Shown: positions 29,001 to 41,900 of the stretch, piece after piece
Numbering within the stretch: the stretch's first letter is position 1
Layout of the letters: each line of letters starts with the position of its first letter
Assembly (NCBI RefSeq): GCF_009914755.1
Contig: NC_060933.1
Direction: 5' to 3' (one strand)
Length of the DNA stretch: 64,000 nt
Source: the human T2T-CHM13v2.0 reference genome, Homo sapiens
Position numbers and translations under genes: made by a program
Notes under the pieces: generated by a model
Database searches by the model: none
Told to the model about the DNA's origin: nothing
The model's input: the letters and a program-made list of their open reading frames with translations, nothing else

Positions 29001-29626
29001 AAATCTAGACAGAAGCATTCTCAGAAACTTCTTTGTGCTGTATGTCCTCAATTAACAGAGTTGAACCTTTGTGTGGATACAGCATTTTGGAAACATTCCT
29101 TTAGTAGAATCTGCAAGTTGATATTTAGATAGCTAGGAAGATTTCCTTGGAAACGGGAATATCTTCATATAAAATCTAGACGGAAGCATTCTCAGAAAGT
29201 GCTTTGTGATGTTTGCATTCAAGTCACAGAGTTGAATATTCCCTTTTATAGAGCAGGTTTGAAACACTCTTTCTGCACTACCTGGAAGTGGACATTTGGA
29301 GTGCTTTGAGGCCTATGTTGAAAAAGGAAATATCTTCCCATAAAAACTAGACAGAAGCATTCTCAGAAACTTGTTTGTGATGTGTGTATTCAACTAACAG
29401 AGATGAACCTTTCTTTTTACAGAGCAGTTTTGAAACACTCTTTTTGTGGAATCTGAAAGTGGATATTTGGATAGCTTTGAGGATTTCGTTGGAAACGGGA
29501 TTACATATAAAATCTAGGGAGAAGCATTCTCAGGAACTTCTTTGTGATGTTTGCATTCAAGTCACAGAACTGAACATTCCCTTTCATAGAGCAGGTTTGA
29601 AACACTCTTTCTGTAGTATCTGCAAG
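22700..29626 (+). repeat. Near-tandem duplication with a 3741-bp offset (22 monomers)
   Basis: Shared private variants at +3741: CTTCCTATAA...GAATCATTC (~23041/~26782), TTATTAGCGATG (~24776/~28517), GAAATTTCTC, TTGGAGTGC (~25555/~29296). The offset is 3744 minus a 3-bp deletion near 26270. Confidence 0.85.
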
Positions 29627-30548
29627 TGAACGTTTCAAGCGCTTTCAGGCCTGTGGTGAAAAAGGAAATATCTTCAAATGAAAACTAGACAGAAGCATTC
29701 TCAGAAACTTATTTGCGATGTGTGTTCTCAGCTAACAGAGTTGAACCTTTGTTTTGATACAGCATTTTGGAAACACTCTTTTTGTAGGATCTGCAGGTGG
29801 ATATTTGGATAGCTTTGAAGGTTTCTTTGGAAACGGGAATATCTTCATATAAAATCAAGACAGAAGCATTCTCAGAAACTTCTCTGTGATGTTTGCATTC
29901 AACTCATAGAGTTGAACACTTCCTTTCATAGAGCTGGTTTGAAATACTCTTTTTGTAATATTTGGAAGTGGACATTGGCAGCGCTTTGAAGCCTATGGTG
30001 AAAAAGGAGATATCTTCTCCTAAAAACCAGACAGAAGCATTCTCAGAATCTTTCTTGTGATGTGTGTACTCAAGTAACAGAGTTGAACCTTCATTTTGAC
30101 AGAGCAGTTTTGAAGCACTCTTTTTGTAGAATCTGCAAGTGGATATTTTGATACCTTTGAGGATTTCGTTAGACACGGGTATCTTCACATAAAATCTAGA
30201 CAGAAGCATTCTCAGAAACTTCTTTGTGCTGTATGTCCTCAATTAACAGAGTTGAACCTTTGTGTGGATACAGCATTTTGGAAACATTCCTTTAGTAGAA
30301 TCTGCAAGTTGATATTTAGATAGCTAGGAAGATTTCCTTGGAAACGGGAATATCTTCATATAAAGTCTAGACGGAAGCATTCTCAGAAACTGCTTTGTGA
30401 TGTTTTCATTCAAGTCACAGAGTAGAATGTTCCCTGTTATATACCAGCTTAGAGACACTCTTTCTGCACTACCTGGAAGTGGACGTTTGGAGCGCTTTGA
30501 GGCCTATGTTGAAAAAGGAAATATCTTCCCATAAAAACTAGACAGAAG

Positions 30549-33500
30549 CATTCTCAGAAACTTGTTTGTGATGTGTGTATTCAACTAACAGAGATGAACC
30601 TTTCTTTTTACAGAGCAGTTTTGAAACACTCTTTTTGTGGAATCTGAAAGTGGATATTTGGATAGCTTTGTGGATTTCGTTGGAAACGGGATTACATATA
30701 AAATCTAGAGAGAAGCATTCTCAGGAACTTCTTTGTGATGTTTGCATTCACGTCACAGAACTGAACATTCCCTTTCATAGAGCATGTTTGAAACACTCTT
30801 TCTGTAGTATCTGCAAACGGACATTTCAAACGCTTTCAGGCCTATGGTGAGAAAGGAAATATCTTCAAATAAAAACTAGACAGAAGCATTCTCAGAAACT
30901 TATTTGCGATGTGTGTCCTCAACTAACAGAGTTGAACCTTTCTTTTGATACAACATTTTGGAACCACTCTTTTTGTAGAATCTGCAAGTGGATATTTGGA
31001 TAGCTTTGAAGGTTTCGTTGGAAACGGGAATATCTTCATATAAAATCAAGACAGAAGCATTCTCAGAAACTTCTCTGTGATGTTTGCATTCAACTCATAG
31101 AGTTGAACACTTCCCTTCATACAGCAGGTTTGAAACACTCTTTTTGTAATATTTGGAAGTGGACATTTGCAGCGCTTTGAGGCCTATGATGAAAAAGGAA
31201 ATATCTTCCCATAAAAACTAGACAGAAGCATTCTCAGAAACTTGTTTGTGATGTGTGTATTCAACTAACAGAGATGAACCTTTCTTTTTACAGAGCAGTT
31301 TTGAAACACTCTTTTTGTGGAATCTGAAAGTGGATATTTGGATAGCTTTGCGGATTTCGTTGGAAACGGGATTACATATAAAATCTAGGGAGAAGCATTC
31401 TCAGGAACTTCTTTGTGATGTTTGCATTCAAATCACAGAACTGAACATTCCCTTTCATAGAGCATGTTTGAAACACTCTTTCTGTAGTATCTGCAAACGG
31501 ACATTTCAAACGCTTTCAGGCCTATGGTGAGAAAGGAAATATCTTCAAATAAAAACTAGACAGAAGCATTCTCAGAAACTCATTTGCGATGTGTGTCCTC
31601 AACTAACAGAGTTGAACCTTTCTTTTGATACAACATTTTGGAACCACTCTTTTTGTAGAATCTGCAAGTGGATATTTGGATAGCTTTGAAGGTTTCGTTG
31701 GAAACGGGAATATCTTCATATAAAATCAACACAGAAGCATTCTCAGAAACTTCTCTGTGATGTTTGCATTCAACTCATAGAGTTGAACACTTCCCTTCAT
31801 ACAACAGGTTTGAAACACTCTTTTTGTAATATTTAGAAGTGGACATTTGCAGCGCTTTGAGGCCTATGATGAAAAAGGAAATATCTTCCCATAAAAACTA
31901 GACAGAAGCATTCTCAGAAACTTGTTTGTGATGTGTGTATTCAACTAACAGAGATGAACCCTTCTTTTTACAGAGCAGTTTTGAAACACTGTTTTTGTGG
32001 AATCTGAAAGTGGATATTTGGATAGCTTTGCGGATTTCTTTGGAAACGGGATTACCTATAAAATCTAGGGAGAAGCATTCTCAGGAACTTCTTTGTGATG
32101 TTTGCCTTCAAGTCACAGGACTGAACATTCCCTTTCATAGAGCAGGTTTGAAACACTCTTTCTGTAGTATCTGCAAGCTGACGTTTCATGCGCTTTCAGG
32201 CCTATGGTGAGAAAGGAAATATCTTCAAGTAAAAACTAGACACAAGCATTCTCAGAAACTTATTTGCCATGTGTGTTCTCAACTAACAGAGTTGAACCTT
32301 TGTTTTGATACGGCATTTTGGAAACACTCTTTTTGTAGAATCTGCAGGTGGATATACGGATAGCTTTGAAGGTTTCGTTGGAAACGGGAATATCTTCATA
32401 TAAAATCTAGACGGAAGCATTCTCAGAAACTGCTTTGTGATGTTTTCATTCAAGTCACAGAGTAGAATGTTCCGTGTTATATACCAGCTTTGAGACACTC
32501 TTTCTGCACTACCTGGAAGTGGACTTTTGGAGCGCTTTGAGGCCTATGTTGAAAAAGGAAATATCTTCCCATAAAAACTAGACAGAAGCATTCTCAGAAA
32601 CTTGTTTGTGATGTGTGTATTCAACTAACAGAGATGAACCTTTCTTTTTACAGAGCAGTTTTGAAACACTCTTTTTGTGGAATCTGAAAGTGGATATTTG
32701 GATAGCTTTGAGGATTTCGTTGGAAACGGGATTACATATAAAATCTAGAGAGAAGCATTCTCAGGAACTTCTTTGTGATGTTTGCATTCACGTCACAGAA
32801 CTGAACATTCCCTTTCATAGAGCATGTTTGAAACACTCTTTCTGTAGTATCTGCAAACGGACATTTCAAACGCTTTCAGGCCTATGGTGAGAAAGGAAAT
32901 ATCTTCAAATAAAAACTAGACAGAAGCATTCTCAGAAACTTATTTGCGATGTGTGTCCTCAACTAACAGAGTTGAACCTTTCTTTTGATACAACATTTTG
33001 GAACCACTCTTTTTGTAGAATCTGCAAGTGGATATTTGGATAGCTTTGAAGGTTTCGTTGGAAACGGGAATATCTTCATATAAAATCAACACAGAAGCAT
33101 TCTCAGAAACTTCTCTGTGATGTTTGCATTCAACTCATAGAGTTGAACACTTCCCTTCATACAGCAGGTTTGAAACACTCTTTTTGTAGTATTTGGAAGT
33201 GGACATTTGCAGCGCTTTGAGGCCTATGATGAAAAAGGAAATATCTTCCCATAAAAACTAGACAGAAGCATTCTCAGAAACTTGTTTGTGATGTGTGTAT
33301 TCAACTAACAGAGATGAACCCTTCTTTTTACAGAGCAGTTTTGAAACACTCTTTTTGTGGAATCTGAAAGTGGATATTTGGATAGCTTTGCGGATTTCGT
33401 TGGAAACGGGATTACATATAAAATCTAGGGAGAAGCATTCTCAGGAACTTCTTTGTGATGTTTGCATTCAAGTCACAGAACTGAACATTCCCTTTCATAG

Positions 33501-34460
33501 AGCAGGTTTGAAACACTCTTTCTGTAGTATCTGCAAGCGGACGTTTGAAGCGCTTTCAGGCCTGTGGTGAAAAAGGAAATATCTTCAAATAAAAACTAGA
33601 CAGAAGCATTCTCAGAAACTTACTTGCGATGTGTGTTCTCAACTAAAAGAGTTGAACCTTTGTTTGGATACAGCATTTTGGAAACACTCTTTTTGTAGAA
33701 TCTGCAAGTGGATATTTGGATAGCTTTGTAGGTTTCGTTGGAAACGGGAATATCTTCATATAAAATCAAGACAGCAGCATTCTCAGAAACTTCTCTGTGA
33801 TGTTTGCATTCAACTCATAGAGTTGAACACTTCCCTTCATACAGCAGGTTTGAAACACTCTTTTTCTAATATTTGGAAGTGGACATTTGCAGCGCTTTGA
33901 GGCCTATGTTGAAAAAGGAAATATCTTCTCCTAAAAACCAGACAGAAGCATTCTCAGAAACTTCCTTGTGATGTGTGTACACAAGTAACAGAGTTGAACC
34001 TTCCTTTTGACAGAGCAGTTTTGAAGCACTCTTTTTGTAGAATCTGCAAGTGGATATTTTGATACCTTTGAGGATTTCGTTGGACACGGGATATCTTCAT
34101 ATAAAATCTAGACAGAAGCATTCTCAGAAACTTCTTTGTGCTGTATGTCCTCAATTAACAGAGTTGAACCTTTGTGTGGATACAGCATTTTGGAAACATT
34201 CCTTTAGTAGAATCTGCAAGTTGATATTTAGATAGCTAGGAAGATTTCCTTGGAAACGGGAATATCTTCATATAAAATCTAGACGGAAGCATTCTCAGAA
34301 AGTGCTTTGTGATGTTTGCATTCAAGTCACAGAGTTGAATATTCCCTTTTATAGAGCAGGTTTGAAACACTCTTTCTGCACTACCTGGAAGTGGACATTT
34401 GGAGCGCTTTGAGGCCTATGTTGAAAAAGGAAATATCTTCCCATAAAAACTAGACAGAAG
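30549..34460 (+). repeat. 23-mer HOR variant (5 tetramers + EFG), 3912 bp
   Basis: A markers at 30575, 31255, 31935, 32615 and 33295 (680-bp steps), then EFG, with the next A at 34487. Confidence 0.9.
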
Positions 34461-37400
34461 CATTCTCAGGAACTTGTTTGTGATGTGTGTATTCAACTAA
34501 CAGAGATGAACCTTTCTTTTTACAGAGCAGTTTTGAAACACTCTTTTTGTGGAATCTGAAAGTGGATATTTGGATAGCTTTGAGGATTTCGTTGGAAACG
34601 GGATTACATATAAAACCTAGAGAGAAGCATTCTCAGGAACTTCTTTGTGATGTTCGCATTCAAGTCACAGGACTGAACGTTCCCTTTCATAGAGCAGGTT
34701 TGAAACACTCTTTCTGTAGTATCTGCAAGCTGACGTTTCATGCGTTTTCAGGCCTATGGTGAGAAAGGAAATATCTTCAAGTAAAAACTAGACAGAAGCA
34801 TTCTCAGAAACTTATTTGCCATGTGTGTTCTCAACTAACAGAGTTGAACCTTTGTTTTGATACGGCATTTTGGAAACACTCTTTTTGTAGAATCTGCAGG
34901 TGGATATTTGGATAGCTTTGAAGGTTTCGTTGGAAACGGGAATATCTTCATATAAAATCTAGACGGAAGCATTCTCAGAAACTGCTTTGTGATGTTTTCA
35001 TTCAAGTCACAGAGTAGAATGTTCCCTGTTATATACCAGGTTTGAGACACTCTTTCTGCACTACCTGGAAGTGGACGTTTGGAGCGCTTTGAGGCGTATG
35101 TTGAAAAAGGAAATATCTTCCCATAAAAACTAGACAGAAGCATTCTCAGAAACTTATTTGCGATGTGTGTTCTCAACTAAAAGAGTTGAACCTTTGTTTG
35201 GATACAGCACTTTGGAAACACTCTTTTTGTAGAATCTGCAAGTGGATATTTGGATAGCTTTGAAGGTTTCGTTGGAAACGGGAATATCTTCATATAAAAT
35301 CAAGAGAGAAGCATTCTCAGAAACTTCTCTGTGATGTTTGCATTCAACTCATAGAGTTGAACACTTCCCTTCATACAGCAGGTTTGAAACACTCTTTTTC
35401 TAATATTTGGAAGTGGACATTTGCAGCGCTTTGAGGCCTATGTTGAAAAAGGAAATATCTTCTCCTAAAAACCAGACAGAAGCATTCTCAGAAACTTCCT
35501 TGTGATGTGTGTACTCAAGTAACAGAGTTGAACCTTCCTTTTGACAGAGCAGTTTTGAAGCACTCTTTTTGTAGAATCTGCAAGTGGATATTTTGATACC
35601 TTTGAGGATTTCGTTGGACACGGGATATCTTCATATAAAATCTAGACAGAAGCATTCTCAGAAACTTCTTTGTGCTGTATGTCCTCAATTAACAGAGTTG
35701 AACCTTTGTGTGGATACAGCATTTTGGAAACATTCCTTTAGTAGAATCTGCAAGTTGATATTTAGATAGCTAGGAAGATTTCCTTGGAAACGGGAATATC
35801 TTCATATAAAATCTAGACGGAAGCATTCTCAGAAAGTGCTTTGTGATGTTTGCATTCAAGTCACAGAGTTGAATATTCCCTTTTATAGAGCAGGTTTGAA
35901 ACACTCTTTCTGCACTACCTGGAAGTGGACATTTGGAGCGCTTTGAGGCCTATGTTGAAAAAGGAAATATCTTCCCATAAAAACTAGACAGAAGCATTCT
36001 CAGAAACTTGTTTGTGATGTGTGTATTCAACTAACAGAGATGAACCTTTCTTTTTACAGAGCAGTTTTGAAACACTCTTTTTGTGGAATCTGAAAGTGGA
36101 TATTTGGATAGCTTTGAGGATTTCGTTGGAAACGGGATTACATATAAAACCTAGAGAGAAGCATTCTCAGGAACTTCTTTGTGATGTTTGCATTCAAGTC
36201 ACAGAACTGAACATTCCCTTTCATAGAGCAGGTTTGAAACACTCTTTCTGTAGTATCTGCAAGCGGACGTTTGAAGCGCTTTCAGGCCTGTGGTGAAAAA
36301 GGAAATATCTTCAAATAAAAACTAGACAGAAGCATTCTCAGAAACTTACTTGCGATGTGTGTTCTCAACTAAAAGAGTTGAACCTTTGTTTGGATACAGC
36401 ATTTTGGAAACACTCTTTTTGTAGAATCTGCAAGTGGATATTTGGATAGCTTTGTAGGTTTCGTTGGAAACGGGAATATCTTCATATAAAATCAAGACAG
36501 CAGCATTCTCAGAAACTTCTCTGTGATGTTTGCATTCAACTCATAGAGTTGAACACTTCCCTTCATACAGCAGGTTTGAAACACTCTTTTTCTAATATTT
36601 GGAAGTGGACATTTGCAGCGCTTTGAGGCCTATGTTGAAAAAGGAAATATCTTCTCCTAAAAACCAGACAGAAGCATTCTCAGAAACTTCCTTGTGATGT
36701 GTGTACACAAGTAACAGAGTTGAACCTTCCTTTTGACAGAGCAGTTTTGAAGCACTCTTTTTGTAGAATCTGCAAGTGGATATTTTGATACCTTTGAGGA
36801 TTTCGTTGGACACGGGATATCTTCATATAAAATCTAGACAGAAGCATTCTCAGAAACTTCTTTGTGCTGTATGTCCTCAATTAACAGAGTTGAACCTTTG
36901 TGTGGATACAGCATTTTGGAAACATTCCTTTAGTAGAATCTGCAAGTTGATATTTAGATAGCTAGGAAGATTTCCTTGGAAACGGGAATATCTTCATATA
37001 AAATCTAGACGGAAGCATTCTCAGAAAGTGCTTTGTGATGTTTGCGTTCAAGTCACAGAGTTGAATATTCCCTTTTATAGAGCAGGTTTGAAACACTCTT
37101 TCTGCACTACCTGGAAGTGGACATTTGGAGCGCTTTGAGGCCTATGTTGAAAAAGGAAATATCTTCCCATAAAAACTAGACAGAAGCATTCTCAGGAACT
37201 TGTTTGTGATGTGTGTATTCAACTAACAGAGATGAACCTTTCTTTTTACAGAGCAGTTTTGAAACACTCTTTTTGTGGAATCTGAAAGTGGATATTTGGA
37301 TAGCTTTGAGGATTTCGTTGGAAACGGGATTACATATAAAACCTAGAGAGAAGCATTCTCAGGAACTTCTTTGTGATGTTCGCATTCAAGTCACAGGACT

Positions 37401-38930
37401 GAACGTTCCCTTTCATAGAGCAGGTTTGAAACACTCTTTCTGTAGTATCTGCAAGCTGACGTTTCATGCGTTTTCAGGCCTATGGTGAGAAAGGAAATAT
37501 CTTCAAGTAAAAACTAGACAGAAGCATTCTCAGAAACTTATTTGCCATGTGTGTTCTCAACTAACAGAGTTGAACCTTTGTTTTGATACGGCATTTTGGA
37601 AACACTCTTTTTGTAGAATCTGCAGGTGGATATTCGGATAGCTTTGAAGGTTTCGTTGGAAACGGGAATATCTTCATATAAAATCTAGACGGAAGCATTC
37701 TCAGAAACTGCTTTGTGATGTTTTCATTCAAGTCACAGAGTAGAATGTTCCCTGTTATATACCAGGTTTGAGACACTCTTTCTGCACTACCTGGAAGTGG
37801 ACGTTTGGAGCGCTTTGAGGCGTATGTTGAAAAAGGAAATATCTTCCCATAAAAACTAGACAGAAGCATTCTCAGAAACTTATTTGCGATGTGTGTTCTC
37901 AACTAAAAGAGTTGAACCTTTGTTTGGATACAGCACTTTGGAAACACTCTTTTTGTAGAATCTGCAAGTGGATATTTGGATAGCTTTGAAGGTTTCGTTG
38001 GAAACGGGAATATCTTCATATAAAATCAAGAGAGAAGCATTCTCAGAAACTTCTCTGTGATGTTTGCATTCAACTCATAGAGTTGAACACTTCCCTTCAT
38101 ACAGCAGGTTTGAAACACTCTTTTTCTAATATTTGGAAGTGGACATTTGCAGCGCTTTGAGGCCTATGTTGAAAAAGGAAATATCTTCTCCTAAAAACCA
38201 GACAGAAGCATTCTCAGAAACTTCCTTGTGATGTGTGTACTCAAGTAACAGAGTTGAACCTTCCTTTTGACAGAGCAGTTTTGAAGCACTCTTTTTGTAG
38301 AATCTGCAAGTGGATATTTTGATACCTTTGAGGATTTCGTTGGACACGGGATATCTTCATATAAAATCTAGACAGAAGCATTCTCAGAAACTTCTTTGTG
38401 CTGTATGTCCTCAATTAACAGAGTTGAACCTTTGTGTGGATACAGCATTTTGGAAACATTCCTTTAGTAGAATCTGCAAGTTGATATTTAGATAGCTAGG
38501 AAGATTTCCTTGGAAACGGGAATATCTTCATATAAAATCTAGACGGAAGCATTCTCAGAAAGTGCTTTGTGATGTTTGCATTCAAGTCACAGAGTTGAAT
38601 ATTCCCTTTTATAGAGCAGGTTTGAAACACTCTTTCTGCACTACCTGGAAGTGGACATTTGGAGCGCTTTGAGGCCTATGTTGAAAAAGGAAATATCTTC
38701 CCATAAAAACTAGACAGAAGCATTCTCAGAAACTTGTTTGTGATGTGTGTATTCAACTAACAGAGATGAACCTTTCTTTTTACAGAGCAGTTTTGAAACA
38801 CTCTTTTTGTGGAATCTGAAAGTGGATATTTGGATAGCTTTGAGGATTTCGTTGGAAACGGGATTACATATAAAACCTAGAGAGAAGCATTCTCAGGAAC
38901 TTCTTTGTGATGTTTGCATTCAAGTCACAG
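33430..38930 (+). repeat. Tandem duplication with a 2726-bp period (7+9 = 16 monomers)
   Basis: Private variants at +2726: GTGTACACAAG (~33975/~36701) and CATTCTCAGGAACTTGTTTG (34461/37187). ORF pairs 33954/36680 and 34487/37213. Confidence 0.88.
34461..35994 (+). repeat. First 9-mer HOR variant (A-B-C-D'-C-D-E-F-G), 1534 bp; 11 copies up to the window end
   Basis: At 35141 a C-type monomer follows D' directly, with A-B missing. The 113-aa MRTHIAN pseudo-ORF marks this junction 11 times (34835 to 62761), with spacings of 1533-1534 bp. Confidence 0.93.
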
Positions 38931-41900
38931 GACTGAACGTTCCCTTTCATAGAGCAGGTTTGAAACACTCTTTCTGTAGTATCTGCAAGCTGACGTTTCA
39001 TGCGTTTTCAGGCCTATGGTGAGAAAGGAAATATCTTCAAGTAAAAACTAGACAGAAGCATTCTCAGAAACTTATTTGCGATGTGTGTTCTCAACTAACA
39101 GAGTTGAACCTTTGTTTTGATACGGCATTTTGGAAACACTCTTTTTGTAGAATCTGCAGGTGGATATTCGGATAGCTTTGAAGGTTTCGTTGGAAACGGG
39201 AATATCTTCATATAAAATCTAGACGGAAGCATTCTCAGAAACTGCTTTGTGATGTTTTCATTCAAGTCACAGAGTAGAATGTTCCCTGTTATATACCAGG
39301 TTTGAGACACTCTTTCTGCACTACCTGGAAGTGGACGTTTGGAGCGCTTTGAGGCGTATGTTGAAAAAGGAAATATCTTCCCATAAAAACTAGACAGAAG
39401 CATTCTCAGAAACTTATTTGCGATGTGTGTTCTCAACTAAAAGAGTTGAACCTTTGTTTGGATACAGCACTTTGGAAACACTCTTTTTGTAGAATCTGCA
39501 AGTGGATATTTGGATAGCTTTGAAGGTTTCGTTGGAAACGGGAATATCTTCATATAAAATCAAGAGAGAAGCATTCTCAGAAACTTCTCTGTGATGTTTG
39601 CATTCAACTCATAGAGTTGAACACTTCCCTTCATACAGCAGGTTTGAAACACTCTTTTTCTAATATTTGGAAGTGGACATTTGCAGCGCTTTGAGGCCTA
39701 TGTTGAAAAAGGAAATATCTTCTCCTAAAAACCAGACAGAAGCATTCTCAGAAACTTCCTTGTGATGTGTGTACTCAAGTAACAGAGTTGAACCTTCCTT
39801 TTGACAGAGCAGTTTTGAAGCACTCTTTTTGTAGAATCTGCAAGTGGATATTTTGATACCTTTGAGGATTTCGTTGGACACGGGATATCTTCATATAAAA
39901 TCTAGACAGAAGCATTCTCAGAAACTTCTTTGTGCTGTATGTCCTCAATTAACAGAGTTGAACCTTTGTGTGGATACAGCATTTTGGAAACATTCCTTTA
40001 GTAGAATCTGCAAGTTGATATTTAGATAGCTAGGAAGATTTCCTTGGAAACGGGAATATCTTCATATAAAATCTAGACGGAAGCATTCTCAGAAAGTGCT
40101 TTGTGATGTTTGCATTCAAGTCACAGAGTTGAATATTCCCTTTTATAGAGCAGGTTTGAAACACTCTTTCTGCACTACCTGGAAGTGGACATTTGGAGCG
40201 CTTTGAGGCCTATGTTGAAAAAGGAAATATCTTCCCATAAAAACTAGACAGAAGCATTCTCAGAAACTTGTTTGTGATGTGTGTATTCAACTAACAGAGA
40301 TGAACCTTTCTTTTTACAGAGCAGTTTTGAAACACTCTTTTTGTGGAATCTGAAAGTGGTTATTTGGATAGCTTTGAGGATTTCGGTGGAAACGGGATTA
40401 CATATAAAATCTAGAGAGAAGCATTCTCAGGAACTTCTTTGTGATGTTTGCATTCACGTCACAAAACTGAACATTCCCTTTCATAGAGCATGTTTGAAAC
40501 ACTCTTTCTGTAGTATCTGCAAACGGACATTTCAAACGCTTTCAGGCCTATGGTGAGAAAGGAAATATCTTCAAATAAGAACTAGACAGAAGCATTCTCA
40601 GAAACTTATTTGCGATGTGTGTCCTCAACTAACAGAGTTGAACCTTTCTTTTGATAAAACATTTTGGAACCACTCTTTTTGTAGAATCTGCAAGTGGATA
40701 TTTGGATAGCTTTGAAGGTTTCGTTGGAAACGGGAATATCTTCATATAAAATCAAGACAGAAGCATTCTCAGAAACTTCTCTGTGATGTTTGCATTCAAC
40801 TCATAGAGTTGAACACTTCCCTTCATACAGCAGGTTTGAAACACTCTTTTTGTAATATTTGGAAGTGGACATTTGCAGCGCTTTGAGGCCTATGATGAAA
40901 AAGGAAATATCTTCCCATAAAAACTAGACAGAAGCATTCTCAGAAACTTGTTTGTGATGTGTGTATTCAACTAACAGAGATGAACCTTTCTTTTTACAGA
41001 GCAGTTTTGAAACACTCTTTTTGTGGAATCTGAAAGTGGATATTTGGATAGCTTTGCGGATTTCGTTGGAAACGGGATTGCATATAAAATCTAGGGAGAA
41101 GCATTCTCAGGAACTTCTTTGTGATGTTTGCATTCAAGTCACAGAACTGAACATTCCCTTTCATAGAGCAGGTTTGAAACACTCTTTCTGTAGTATCTGC
41201 AAGCGGACGTTTGAAGCGCTTTCAGGCCTGTGGTGAAAAAGGAAATATCTTCAAATAAAAACTAGACAGAAGCATTCTCAGAAACTTACTTGCGATGTGT
41301 GTTCTCAACTAAAAGAGTTGAACCTTTGTTTGGATACAGCATTTTGGAAACACTCTTTTTGTAGAATCTGCAAGTGGATATTTGGATAGCTTTGTAGGTT
41401 TCGTTGGAAACGGGAATATCTTCATATAAAATCAAGACAGCAGCATTCTCAGAAACTTCTCTGTGATGTTTGCATTCAACTCATAGAGTTGAACACTTCC
41501 CTTCATACAGCAGGTTTGAAACACTCTTTTTCTAATATTTGGAAGTGGACATTTGCAGCGCTTTGAGGCCTATGTTGAAAAAGGAAATATCTTCTCCTAA
41601 AAACTAGACAGAAGCATTCTCAGAAACTTCCTTGTGATGTGTGTACTCAAGTAACAGAGTTGAACCTTCCTTTTGACAGAGCAGTTTTGAAGCACTCTTT
41701 TTGTAGAATCTGCAAGTGGATATTTTGATACCTTTGAGGATTTCGTTGGACACGGGATATCTTCATATAAAATCTAGACAGAAGCATTCTCAGAAACTTC
41801 TTTGTGCTGTATGTCCTCAATTAACAGAGTTGAACCTTTGTGTGGATACAGCATTTTGGAAACATTCCTTTAGTAGAATCTGCAAGTTGATATTTAGATA

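Noticed and set aside
40381-40397. CENP-B box variant TTTCGGTGGAAACGGGA (also near 50938)
   Set aside because: The change is at a non-essential position and the NTTCGNNNNANNCGGGN core is intact, so it is not counted as a lost box.
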